Positions 48,437-57,194 of a stretch of DNA of 64,000 bases are shown in pieces (position 1 is the first letter of the stretch; each line of letters opens with the position of its first letter). The notes beneath the pieces were generated by a model, which saw only the letters and a list, made by a program, of their open reading frames with translations, was not told where the DNA came from and ran no database searches. The DNA comes from a virus. Where the stretch lies: UHGV virus genome UHGV-1372970; one strand, 5' to 3'. Position numbers and translations under genes: made by a program.

Positions 48437-48664
48437 TTACCATTTTGACTCAGCACGCCCTTTCAACTGAACATCCAGCGCAAAGTTCGTGTTAATCAGA
48501 TCCCCGACCAGCATACCGATTTCGTCGGAGTGTTTGCCTTCGCGAAGACTGTCGACAACCCACTGGTAAAGCGTGAATGCCTGGTCTCGGTTCTCCATCA
48601 ACTTTCGGGTGTTGGCCAGGAAGTCATTTTCAACCAAGGCGACGATATTTGTTTCGTAAGTCAT
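48437..48664 (-). CDS. Hypothetical protein.
   Basis: 75 aa. AAGGAC ribosome-binding site. Confidence 0.5.
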   Translation of the reverse strand: MTYETNIVALVENDFLANTRKLMENRDQAFTLYQWVVDSLREGKHSDEIGMLVGDLINTNFALDVQLKGRAESKW

Positions 48665-48847
48665 TTTTTAGTCCTTATTGTTTTCTTAACGCTATGGTAA
48701 AGCCATGCAGCAGGCTGCAAAGCTGGGGTGTTAGGTTGTTTTTTTCACAAGAACCCCAGAGGAAAAAGGAGATTAAGGCACGTAAGTGCCTGAATCTCTT
48801 AAACAGCCTTGCTCTGGATAGTATTTAAAGCTCTTTTTAAAATCTTT

Positions 48848-49396
48848 TTAATTAAGGGGAGTCTTGGTTTTCTTAACAGGCTTCTTAGCGGCTTTTTTCC
48901 GAGGCTTTCGCTTCGCTGTCAGTGGGTCATATCCACCCAGCGCTTTCATCACACCGATGTCAATCTCTGACGTTTGATGCCCGGCTGCGCCACAGAACCC
49001 GCGGAAAACGAGCAACATGCTGCCGCCAGTGTTCTCTCTGACTTCAACCAGACCCAGATTAGTGTCTGGCTCCATGAACGCCACGCGCCCGCCCACAATC
49101 AGCACTGTCTGATTAGCATTGCGCTTCACGTCCAGATACCACTGAGTGTCGAGGGACTGAGGAACGAGCATGACAGTCGTTGCCCCATTGGCTTGTTCAC
49201 GCGCTGCGGCGTCAATCCATGGTTTGATTTTGGGGTAGGGCGAATTGAGAAATGCGATCGTGCCGGCCGAACCCCAAATGGACTTTAGCGCATCACGTTC
49301 AACGCCTATAAAATCAGGCAGGATCGCATTGTCTTTGTTACATGCGACGTCGACCTGGAACTTCATACCGAGATACACCTCAATGGCATGAAACAT
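48848..49396 (-). CDS. dam: DNA N6-adenine methyltransferase (phage Dam family).
   Basis: LNSPYPK (N/D-PPY variant), small phage-type Dam size. Basic C-terminal tail. Confidence 0.7.
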   Translation of the reverse strand: MFHAIEVYLGMKFQVDVACNKDNAILPDFIGVERDALKSIWGSAGTIAFLNSPYPKIKPWIDAAAREQANGATTVMLVPQSLDTQWYLDVKRNANQTVLIVGGRVAFMEPDTNLGLVEVRENTGGSMLLVFRGFCGAAGHQTSEIDIGVMKALGGYDPLTAKRKPRKKAAKKPVKKTKTPLN

Positions 49397-49670
49397 GCCA
49401 TTGAGGTGTTCTCCAGAGGTCGCGAAGATTTCCGTCGCGCTCTCTTTTTTTGATTTTCTGAGAACCGTTCACAAACATTATAATAGGTAAATATTTACTT
49501 ATTTTACAGGATTGATTGTAACTAACAAGAGCATGTGTCGGGATCTGCTCTGTAACGCTCGGGATCGCGTTTTTCAGTGATGGGTAATGCGATGGTGCTG
49601 GTCAAGATAAAAAAGCCCACATGGGGCTTTTAAGAATGTCTGGCAAATGAGTGGAACGGACTAGGAGTGA

Positions 49671-50753
49671 TCAACCCAATGAGTGCTTTATGAAGAGATA
49701 AATACCCAAGATCACTACCGCATAAGCTATAAATTGCTTTACCTTATATTTTTCAGTATCACTTGCCTTTCTGGAAACTGAAATCCGCCCAGGTTGGACG
49801 TCAACATCATAGCTAATATGACCTCTATAACTACTTGACACATAAAAGCTCTCAAATTTTCTTTTGAAATTAAAAGAAAATTTTATGCAATTTTCCCCTA
49901 GGTTTTTTACTGGCAGATCAGTCACTAATGCCTGCTCTTTCTGCTCACCTGGATTTAATATTATACCGGGGATTGTTTTATACACCTTTTGCACCCCATT
50001 CATCGGGTCTTTTTCATGAGCTGCCTTTATTTCAGCCGCATTCGCAGCACGGATTGTTAAATCAAAATGTGCATCTTCCTTGCCGGGATTTTTTAACTTA
50101 ACTAGATATTCAGATTTATATGAATATTTTGTGCGCAACACCGATCTGCCCTTATTTATTCGACCTGTGTTTTCAATATCGCTAAGTTTTGATTCTCTAT
50201 ACTCCACTTCAGCGGAAACTTCAGATATTGCAATAAAATAACCCAAAACTAATTTTATGAAGTAGGCCGTATGCTTTTTTTGCAACTCCTTGGCTTTTGC
50301 CACTCGCTTTTCAATCGATATCATTGATAATTGTTCGGCCACATCCTGAAATTGCAATGCTTCGTGCTCACAAGAAAAATAAGTTCTGCAACCTTTTTCG
50401 TCAGGGTCATGACTCCAAACACCCTTTTCTTTCAAAGATTCTAGATAAGAAATATAATCATTAATGTCATCCTTGAAAACATATTCTGCTCTTGCTTTGT
50501 AGGCGTGAGTGTAGGCTTCATTTAAACCTAACGAGCCAGCGAGTTCATAATATTCAATAGCCTTCTCAATATTTTTTTTGGTTCCATTGCTTGTTAAATA
50601 GCAATACGCCATATTGAAATATGCTTCAGGGTTATTATCCTTCTGGGCTATACCAGACCACTCGGCAAAAGCCTGATACCAGTCATCTTGTAATTTTCCC
50701 CCAAGAAAAAAAACTTTATCTTCTTTTATTGCTAAGTCTATTTGCTCTTTCAT
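49671..50753 (-). CDS. Sel1-like repeat protein with a C-terminal transmembrane anchor (moron).
   Basis: Sel1/TPR-like repeats (AYFNMAYCYL...AIEYYELAGSLGLNEAYTHAY...). C-terminal AYAVVILGIYLFIKH. Very AT-rich. Confidence 0.6.
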   Translation of the reverse strand: MKEQIDLAIKEDKVFFLGGKLQDDWYQAFAEWSGIAQKDNNPEAYFNMAYCYLTSNGTKKNIEKAIEYYELAGSLGLNEAYTHAYKARAEYVFKDDINDYISYLESLKEKGVWSHDPDEKGCRTYFSCEHEALQFQDVAEQLSMISIEKRVAKAKELQKKHTAYFIKLVLGYFIAISEVSAEVEYRESKLSDIENTGRINKGRSVLRTKYSYKSEYLVKLKNPGKEDAHFDLTIRAANAAEIKAAHEKDPMNGVQKVYKTIPGIILNPGEQKEQALVTDLPVKNLGENCIKFSFNFKRKFESFYVSSSYRGHISYDVDVQPGRISVSRKASDTEKYKVKQFIAYAVVILGIYLFIKHSLG

Positions 50754-50794
50754 TACTAATCATTCCTTTAATAGGCTTACCCATCGAAGACTTT

Positions 50795-51229
50795 TCAATA
50801 AAAATTGAACGTCATGCCATTTGGATTCATTTTGATAGTTTCATCCACATGTTCTTTTTTATTCACCTTCCTCATTTCAGATGTTATTTTTCCATTATTA
50901 TCTTTAACTAAGAGAGTAACAACCACCTTATGACTCAACAAATTATAGTAAGTAACTTGATACCCCTTTATACTTGAGCCGTTTTCTATCTTTTCTATTT
51001 TTTTTAGTTGTTTATCTGGAACACCCCAAAAATGATTATCTATCCTTCCATTTACTCTACTTGCTATTATTAGATTTCCAGTTGTATTTTTACAAAGCAA
51101 TACTTCTGCGGAGGGATCATTTAATTGAAATGCTGCGTAACGACAAACAGGTGCTGCCGACGCATGAAAGCCAACCATAAGCAGCAAGGATGCGATGATT
51201 TGTTTTTTCATTTTTATAACCATATTCAT
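50795..51229 (-). CDS. Secreted protein (moron).
   Basis: Signal peptide MKKQIIASLLLMVGFHASAAP. AT-rich. Confidence 0.55.
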   Translation of the reverse strand: MNMVIKMKKQIIASLLLMVGFHASAAPVCRYAAFQLNDPSAEVLLCKNTTGNLIIASRVNGRIDNHFWGVPDKQLKKIEKIENGSSIKGYQVTYYNLLSHKVVVTLLVKDNNGKITSEMRKVNKKEHVDETIKMNPNGMTFNFY

Positions 51230-51482
51230 TTATCCATCTTGGCAATATACAAATCGTAGATAGTTTAACCAATTCACTGACTAAGTGCTTAAGACTCTTA
51301 GCTTTATGCCCCCCTAACCGGCATAACCTAACTCATGAAAGCATGTAGAAAGCTAAGAAAGCAGCCGCTGGTGTTTTCAAACATACAGAACTTCTCTTCA
51401 AAAGAATTGTATATAATCACAACATCACACATAAGCAAAACCGTAACTTTATCGAAAATTAGCTATGCATGATAATGTTTCT

Positions 51483-52298
51483 TTACGAAATTATTTCTCT
51501 TCTAAATTTTTTAACCAACGGTGAATCCTCTTTAACTTTCAGAGCGTTACCGTCTTTAGTCGCCATCCCCAGAACCGGTAGGATACTCATCATCTGGCCA
51601 GCCTGCGCTGAAGCGGTAGAAGATGGGTAAGGCTTATCTGGGTTGCTCATCATAGCCAGACGGAATCCGGCGGTATCAGTTGAACCGGTTTTAACCAGGT
51701 GAGTCACGGAAATTATCGTATAGACACTCAGGTCGGATAAACCCTGGCTCCATGCCATGACGTTTTGCACCTTGTCCATCGCTTTAACCGGGCACGCATT
51801 GTACCCATCCATAAAGGTCTTTCTCTCAAAACCCAGGCTGGCCATCGCATCGTCGGAAAGCTGATCCAAGGAGAAGCGTTTCCGACGTCCTGCAGGCTCT
51901 CTTTTTGCCGGCGCTGGTTCTGGTGCAGCCTTAATGACTGGCTCTTCCGTAGGCTTATCTTCCTCTTTTTCGACTTTCGTTTCAGCTACAGCCTCGATAA
52001 CCGGTTCTTCTTCAGCTGGTGGCGGGGTCACGACCTCGATTTCATCCTCGATGTCACCTAGCAACGTTGCGATCACCTCTTTCTCACTTTTCTTAACTTC
52101 GGGCTTAGGCGCGGCCACCAGCGGGAGTAGCTCACTGAACAGGTCGTCAGTTGAGAAGGTGGGTGATGTTTTCACCTCAATGACTTCAGCTTTTTCGCTA
52201 CTTGGCTCGTCCAGATTGTCCAGTTCATCGAGTTCTGACAGCATAGCGATCAGGTCTGCATTGCTGTTATCTTTACCAGTAGAATGAATAGCGCTCAT
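51483..52298 (-). CDS. Hypothetical protein with an acidic Pro/Glu-rich disordered N-terminal half.
   Basis: 271 aa. AAGGAAAACAC ribosome-binding site. Confidence 0.55.
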   Translation of the reverse strand: MSAIHSTGKDNSNADLIAMLSELDELDNLDEPSSEKAEVIEVKTSPTFSTDDLFSELLPLVAAPKPEVKKSEKEVIATLLGDIEDEIEVVTPPPAEEEPVIEAVAETKVEKEEDKPTEEPVIKAAPEPAPAKREPAGRRKRFSLDQLSDDAMASLGFERKTFMDGYNACPVKAMDKVQNVMAWSQGLSDLSVYTIISVTHLVKTGSTDTAGFRLAMMSNPDKPYPSSTASAQAGQMMSILPVLGMATKDGNALKVKEDSPLVKKFRREIIS

Positions 52299-52409
52299 GT
52301 GTTTTCCTTTGTTTTATTGTAATCATTTCGATGGATGTATCTTGCCATGTGTCATCAGGCAAAGAAGTAAACAAAACAGGTAAACAAGTTGTTTTGAGGC
52401 ATAAGAAAA

Positions 52410-52425
52410 GCCGCCAATCGGCGGC
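52410..52425. terminator. Terminator hairpin.
   Basis: GCCGCC-AATC-GGCGGC flanked by A and T runs, just downstream of the exonuclease gene. Confidence 0.6.
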
Positions 52426-52431
52426 TTTCTG

Positions 52432-52974
52432 TCAAGCGGGGATGGGAAAGAATCCGTAGTCCTTTCTAGCCTTCATGAAGCACTGCATCAGAAGCTGGGT
52501 ATCATAAAGCGCCCCGTGCGCCTTCTCTTCGTCGTGGACAAATCCCATGGCGACGGCCAGTTCCTGCAGGCGTGGGATCTTGCCATTCTCGCACGCCCAT
52601 CGTGCATCCATTGTGTCAATCAGAGGCCTCTGCGCCAGTTCTACGCCGCAATCACTCATCTGCTTGGTGATGAATGGAATATCGAACTTACGCCCGTTGT
52701 GAGCAACCCAGATGTCGGATGCGACCATCGCTTTTGCCAGCGCCGCGGCTTTGTCTTCGAACAGCGGAGAGTCGGCCAACATATCCAGCGAGATCCCATG
52801 AACCGCCTGGGCCTTTGCATCGATATTTCGACGTGGGTTGAAGCGCAGAGATACCTCTCTGAGTTTATTTTCTGTCTCGATCTCATAAGATACGAGGGCG
52901 ATTTCAATAATTTTGTGACCGCTATAGACATCAAGCCCAGTTGTCTCAATGTCTATGCCCGTTGCAACTGTCAT
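52432..52974 (-). CDS. DnaQ-like 3'-5' exonuclease (DEDDh).
   Basis: Exo I (IDIETTG), Exo II (HNGRKFD), Exo III (HGALYD). Confidence 0.8.
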   Translation of the reverse strand: MTVATGIDIETTGLDVYSGHKIIEIALVSYEIETENKLREVSLRFNPRRNIDAKAQAVHGISLDMLADSPLFEDKAAALAKAMVASDIWVAHNGRKFDIPFITKQMSDCGVELAQRPLIDTMDARWACENGKIPRLQELAVAMGFVHDEEKAHGALYDTQLLMQCFMKARKDYGFFPIPA

Positions 52975-53378
52975 AAGCGCTCTGCACCCTGTTTAATAAG
53001 TAAATGCACTACGCTGAGTGCCTTTTTCATAGTCGCGGCAGCACTGTCGCATTCATATTCGACTGGCTTGTATTCGCTCGCCATGACGCGAACCATGACC
53101 TTTCTTGTCGTGGTATCCGGCGACACTGAGATATAAACGCCACCGGTTGTTTTCAGGTAAAGTGGGAACGGGGAAGGGCGCTCTCTTTCTATCGAGTTCA
53201 TCGCCTCTTCAAGAAGTTCAGCCACTTCAGCACTGACCAGCCCCATGGCAGAGCAAAACACCGCATGGATTGCTGCTTTTGCCTCATATGTAGGCATCAG
53301 CCCACTAGTCTGCTTTGTGATGATGTCTACGAGTGTCTCAGACACCTTTCGATCCAGCTCTTCATCGAAGCTATACAT
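52971..53378 (-). CDS. Hypothetical protein.
   Basis: 135 aa. ATGA overlap with the downstream gene. Confidence 0.5.
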   Translation of the reverse strand: MYSFDEELDRKVSETLVDIITKQTSGLMPTYEAKAAIHAVFCSAMGLVSAEVAELLEEAMNSIERERPSPFPLYLKTTGGVYISVSPDTTTRKVMVRVMASEYKPVEYECDSAAATMKKALSVVHLLIKQGAERL

Positions 53379-53431
53379 GTGTTTTCCTCTGTTTTTTTAT
53401 TATTCTCACCCATCCAGAAAGGGACTCAACA

Positions 53432-54082
53432 TCAATGGATAGGTTCGCAGGAATGCTCGGAATCAGTGGCGATCGTATTCACGACCTCTGTCAGAGACTC
53501 CACCCGGAGATCCAAATCAATGACCTCATCCTTCATAAAAGCAAAGCGCGACAACATCCCGCGGTTCGGCAATTTTGAGAATGAGAGGATGAACGACGAC
53601 ATCAGCATATCCATGTGGTTCACATAGAAGGGGTTTAGCGAGCCTCGCTGCTTTCGCTGGTGATCTTCTTCAGTTAACGGAACACCCGGGCGGAGAATCA
53701 GGCTCAGGTTGAAGTTTGCGATGGTCGTCTCTGTGCATACCATGTGAGTCTGGGTGTACAGTTCCATGACCTCGTCATTTTTGTAGTGCGGCGCCGCAAT
53801 GTCGTGCGTATGAGCCATAACATCGATCGGTGTTCTGTCGGTAATGAATCCGGTCTTACTAAGACCAGGGGCTTCAATTATCGAAGCGATATGCCCAGCT
53901 ACCATCAGCTGCGCTTTCATTCGCTCAATGACGGGGATGTCGTTGCGTGACAGATCCACGCCACTATCCAGAAGGAAGTCGCCGACTTTCGCGTCGATAT
54001 ATGGAATGCCAGTGGCCTCACTGTATGCTTTTGCCAGTGTTGTTTTGCCAGTTCCCTGCGCACCGCAAAGGCCTATTTTCAT
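53432..54082 (-). CDS. P-loop NTPase, putative (deoxy)nucleotide kinase.
   Basis: N-terminal Walker A (MKIGLCGAQGTGKTTLAKA). Confidence 0.5.
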   Translation of the reverse strand: MKIGLCGAQGTGKTTLAKAYSEATGIPYIDAKVGDFLLDSGVDLSRNDIPVIERMKAQLMVAGHIASIIEAPGLSKTGFITDRTPIDVMAHTHDIAAPHYKNDEVMELYTQTHMVCTETTIANFNLSLILRPGVPLTEEDHQRKQRGSLNPFYVNHMDMLMSSFILSFSKLPNRGMLSRFAFMKDEVIDLDLRVESLTEVVNTIATDSEHSCEPIH

Positions 54083-54554
54083 TTCAACTTCCTGTAAACA
54101 ATTTGTTTAAACGCTGGGGAATATCCATCACCTGCGTATTCATGAGTGGTGGCAACTGCTTCAAACCCCATCTGACGCATTTTCTTAAATGGGAAGAATG
54201 CGTCAGCGGCCGGCACGCTGGTATCGATATGACTAATCCAGATCTCATCGACATGCGGAAGCATCGCCTCATATACAACGCCGCCCCAATAACCCAGGAA
54301 TTGGGGAACTCACGCAGACACCGCGCCAAAGAGGCAACGTGAAAGCCTGACGGCGCCTCACCACCATGAGTGAGCATGACATTGCGACGTCCGGGAAGAG
54401 GCCTTCCCAAACTCTCTGCTGTCTTCCTCCCCATGATGACCGTAAAGCCGTGCGTCAGCTCTTTGAAGAGTTGCAGATCTGCAGGGCATTTCCACGGCAG
54501 ATCATTTCCTTTGCCAATCTCAAAATTTTGGCCAACGGCCACTATCATTCTCAT
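54079..54554 (-). CDS. folA: Dihydrofolate reductase, reading frame interrupted by a frameshift near 54270.
   Basis: N-terminal 94 residues (MIVAVGQNFEIGKGNDLPWKCPADL...LGRPLPGRRNVMLT...WVIGAALY) and the C-terminus (EAMLPHVDEIWISHIDTSVPAADAFFP...) are both DHFR-like. They lie in frames offset by one nucleotide. Confidence 0.8.
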
Positions 54555-54964
54555 CGGTGTACTCGGTAAATATGAGGCTTGTGCGGGTGGTTGTTCGCCA
54601 TGGTGATCAGCTGATTACTGGCGCAGATCGCCATGACAAATATATTTTCCCGCTGGTTTTCTTTTATCCATTGAGCCAGATGCTCGGGCGCTTCTACCTG
54701 AACCAGATAGTCGTAACCGATGCCATGAGCGGAAAGCCACGCTCGCGTGACCTCCCTCTCTTCTTTCAGGAGACGCTTGTTCGTCACCAGAACAACCTCG
54801 ATACCGGAGCGATAGAAGCCTTTCAGCATTCTGCTCGTGGGATACACCAGCTCATCGCCAGCCATCAGGTTGATGCGATCTTTCTCAATGTCTGCGGCGG
54901 CACGATGTCTGCTGTCTGCGACAACATCATCAATCTCGACAATTGCAAACATTCCCTTTGCCAT
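54551..54964 (-). CDS. Hypothetical protein.
   Basis: Start at MAKGMFAIV, 1 nt after the thyA stop. No secure motif. Confidence 0.45.
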   Translation of the reverse strand: MAKGMFAIVEIDDVVADSRHRAAADIEKDRINLMAGDELVYPTSRMLKGFYRSGIEVVLVTNKRLLKEEREVTRAWLSAHGIGYDYLVQVEAPEHLAQWIKENQRENIFVMAICASNQLITMANNHPHKPHIYRVHR

Positions 54965-54965
54965 A

Positions 54966-56057
54966 TCAGACAGCCACCGGCACTTTGATCCACGGCAGCG
55001 GGTTGTAGCCCTCGATACGGACATCCTGCCAGCGGAAATCGTCAACCTCTTCCCATGAGTCAGGCAGAAGAACGACAGGGTTAGAGTCTTCAGGGATGTC
55101 GCGATCTATCATCTCGTTAACACCGTCCATATGGTTTTCGTAGACGTGAACGTCCATACCAAAATGGGAGAGCATCATCGGCATGTGGTTTGTTACCTGG
55201 GCGATCAGCGCAGTCAGCACGCCATAGCCGGAGATGTTGAATGGCATCCCAACAAACACATCGACACTGCGCTGAATCATGGCAGCACACAGGGCGCGGC
55301 GAGGGATGCCCAGCTCGTCCAGCATTTCCTCAGTGGCTTCGCCACGTCGTGCTATCTCGGCCAGAAGCGCCGTATAACGTGACTCATGGAGATATTTAGC
55401 GTGGGCTTCACCAATGGCATTAGCCTGACGCAGACGCTCTTCAAACCCCATCTCGCGGCTCCAAGTGTGATAGAGGAAGTGGCAAGGCGGCAGCGCCATG
55501 TCTTCCAGTTCACCCACGTTCCACGCGCTCATCATAATTCGGCGATCGGCAGGGTCGCTTCGCAGTTTGTCGACGATGCGCTGTAGTTGGTCGATTTCGC
55601 GAGAGAGGACGACGCGATCTTCGTCGTCTCCCAGATACCCCTCAACTTTGTATCCGCGAGCGCGGTAGTTCAGACCGTTTTTAACGAAGTCATAGCGCTC
55701 AACAATCCGAGTATCTTCCCAACGGCGCCACTGCTTACCGTATACCGGGCCTAATGTCCCATCCTCACGCGTCCAGGCTTCCCAGATCTTGACGTCATGC
55801 TCGCGGAGAAACGCAACGTCGCCGGTTCCTTTCAGATACCACTCAAGTTCGACCAGCAGCGGCTTCAGGTTTACGGCTTTAGATGAGATAAGAGGCACAG
55901 CAGCGCCCCACAGCGGATATTGTGAGTTGACGTAGCAAGTCCCAACTGTTGGCACGCCGGTTCGATTGTCGGATTTGATGCCGGTAGATACGGCTTCAGC
56001 CAGAACACAGCCATAAGCTGCATCAGTCAAAAGGCCATTGTCGAATGATTCGTTCAT
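54966..56057 (-). CDS. thyA: Thymidylate synthase (ThyA family) with two large insertions.
   Basis: LGPVYGKQWRRW, RRIMMSAWNVGELEDMALPPCH, QRSVDVFVGMPFNISGYGVL, DVHVYENHMDG. 363 aa versus about 264 for E. coli ThyA. Confidence 0.8.
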   Translation of the reverse strand: MNESFDNGLLTDAAYGCVLAEAVSTGIKSDNRTGVPTVGTCYVNSQYPLWGAAVPLISSKAVNLKPLLVELEWYLKGTGDVAFLREHDVKIWEAWTREDGTLGPVYGKQWRRWEDTRIVERYDFVKNGLNYRARGYKVEGYLGDDEDRVVLSREIDQLQRIVDKLRSDPADRRIMMSAWNVGELEDMALPPCHFLYHTWSREMGFEERLRQANAIGEAHAKYLHESRYTALLAEIARRGEATEEMLDELGIPRRALCAAMIQRSVDVFVGMPFNISGYGVLTALIAQVTNHMPMMLSHFGMDVHVYENHMDGVNEMIDRDIPEDSNPVVLLPDSWEEVDDFRWQDVRIEGYNPLPWIKVPVAV

Positions 56058-56127
56058 GCTGTCCTTTATTGATAAGTATTTGTTTACTTATTTTACACAA
56101 CAAAAGGAGGCGTTAAAGAAAAAAAAA

Positions 56128-56149
56128 CGGTCAACCAAAAGGTTGACCG
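56128..56149 (-). terminator. Rho-independent terminator.
   Basis: Minus-strand RNA CGGUCAACC-UUUU-GGUUGACCG followed by U9-10. Confidence 0.8.
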
Positions 56150-56254
56150 CAAAAAGGAATGCTATATATGAATTGAAAATAATCAATGTAATACAAGGCG
56201 GAAAGGAATATACATTAATAAGCATTTACTTACCAATAAAAACCCATCATTTTT

Positions 56255-57121
56255 TTAGAAAAAATGACGCCCGATTACTGAATTGAGTGCCATATCCACA
56301 AATCGCCCCAAATCGGCCGGCTCATACGTTGGCGACTTCAGGATTTTCCCATCAGAAATACGATAGCCGATCATACCATCGCGCCCTTCAGCAACGCGGA
56401 AAGCCAGGTCGTCTTTGTCATATTTGCAGTTCGCAACCAACTCAGTACGCAGTCCTGCGTCTGACGGCCACAGCTTTGTCATATTGCTGCGGTGGACTTC
56501 AGCCACCAGCTCGACAACGGGCACGTTCATCAGATCCGCCAATTGGTAGGTCATCTGGGATGCCACGTAAATTCGGTTCATTGCACCGCGCATCTCAATC
56601 GCCAGCTTCGTCTCGTCGGCATAACCAGTGCGGATTTTGGCAGCAATAGCCTCAATTTCGTCCACGACGATCGCAAATTGGGACAGGCCAAGGATGATGT
56701 CATCCTGCGGCTTTTTGCTATGAGCGTGAACATAGTTGTTGTAGGTGTCTTCGCTCTGCTCTTTTGTGAAATACGCCATGGCATTTGTCACACCGCCACG
56801 CAAGCTGATCATCGTACCAATACCCACGTACAGGCCATCAGCCATGGCATCCAGCACCTTGTCCAGATCCAGCAACTCAACGGCCTCAGCTGCCTCATCT
56901 ACCGCCTCTTCGCGGATAAGACGGGCGCGAAGCTCTAACAGTTCTGGCGTAATCTCTGCCGCAATAGGATGCTGAAACAGCTCATGGAACTCGCACACCA
57001 TCTCACCGATTTTCATTGTGGTATCAATCCCGCCCGGGTAAACCTCATGGAATTGCTCAATGACGGCGCCATTTTTCGCATCTGATTTCAGACGGTGATT
57101 TTCTAATAATTTCTTCAACAT
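56255..57121 (-). CDS. MazG-like nucleoside triphosphate pyrophosphohydrolase (putative, tandem domains).
   Basis: Two EExxE...DxL-type all-alpha NTP-PPase segments (ELLELRARLIREEAVDEAAEAVELLDLDKVLDAMADGLYV and a second ...EIEAIAAKIRTGYADETKLAIEMRGAMNRIYVASQ...). Confidence 0.4.
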   Translation of the reverse strand: MLKKLLENHRLKSDAKNGAVIEQFHEVYPGGIDTTMKIGEMVCEFHELFQHPIAAEITPELLELRARLIREEAVDEAAEAVELLDLDKVLDAMADGLYVGIGTMISLRGGVTNAMAYFTKEQSEDTYNNYVHAHSKKPQDDIILGLSQFAIVVDEIEAIAAKIRTGYADETKLAIEMRGAMNRIYVASQMTYQLADLMNVPVVELVAEVHRSNMTKLWPSDAGLRTELVANCKYDKDDLAFRVAEGRDGMIGYRISDGKILKSPTYEPADLGRFVDMALNSVIGRHFF

Positions 57122-57194
57122 TTTTCTAATTCCGTTCGTTTCGATTCGTTCATTGTGACCCAGCAACCCAGGCCACAAAGATAAAAAGTAAGGT

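Noticed and set aside
47950-48440. Searched non-coding stretches (31262-31570, 32215-32811, 36212-37710, 47876-48436) for tRNA-like T-arm or anticodon signatures and for CRISPR-like regularly spaced repeats.
   Set aside because: No GGTTCGANTCC-type T-loops or cloverleaf-compatible segments were found. The repeats present are iterons or terminator duplications, not repeat-spacer arrays.
54084-54554. Treating 54084..54554 and 54079..54264 as two separate genes.
   Set aside because: Both halves are DHFR segments in the correct N-to-C order. A single gene with a frameshift explains them better than two genes.
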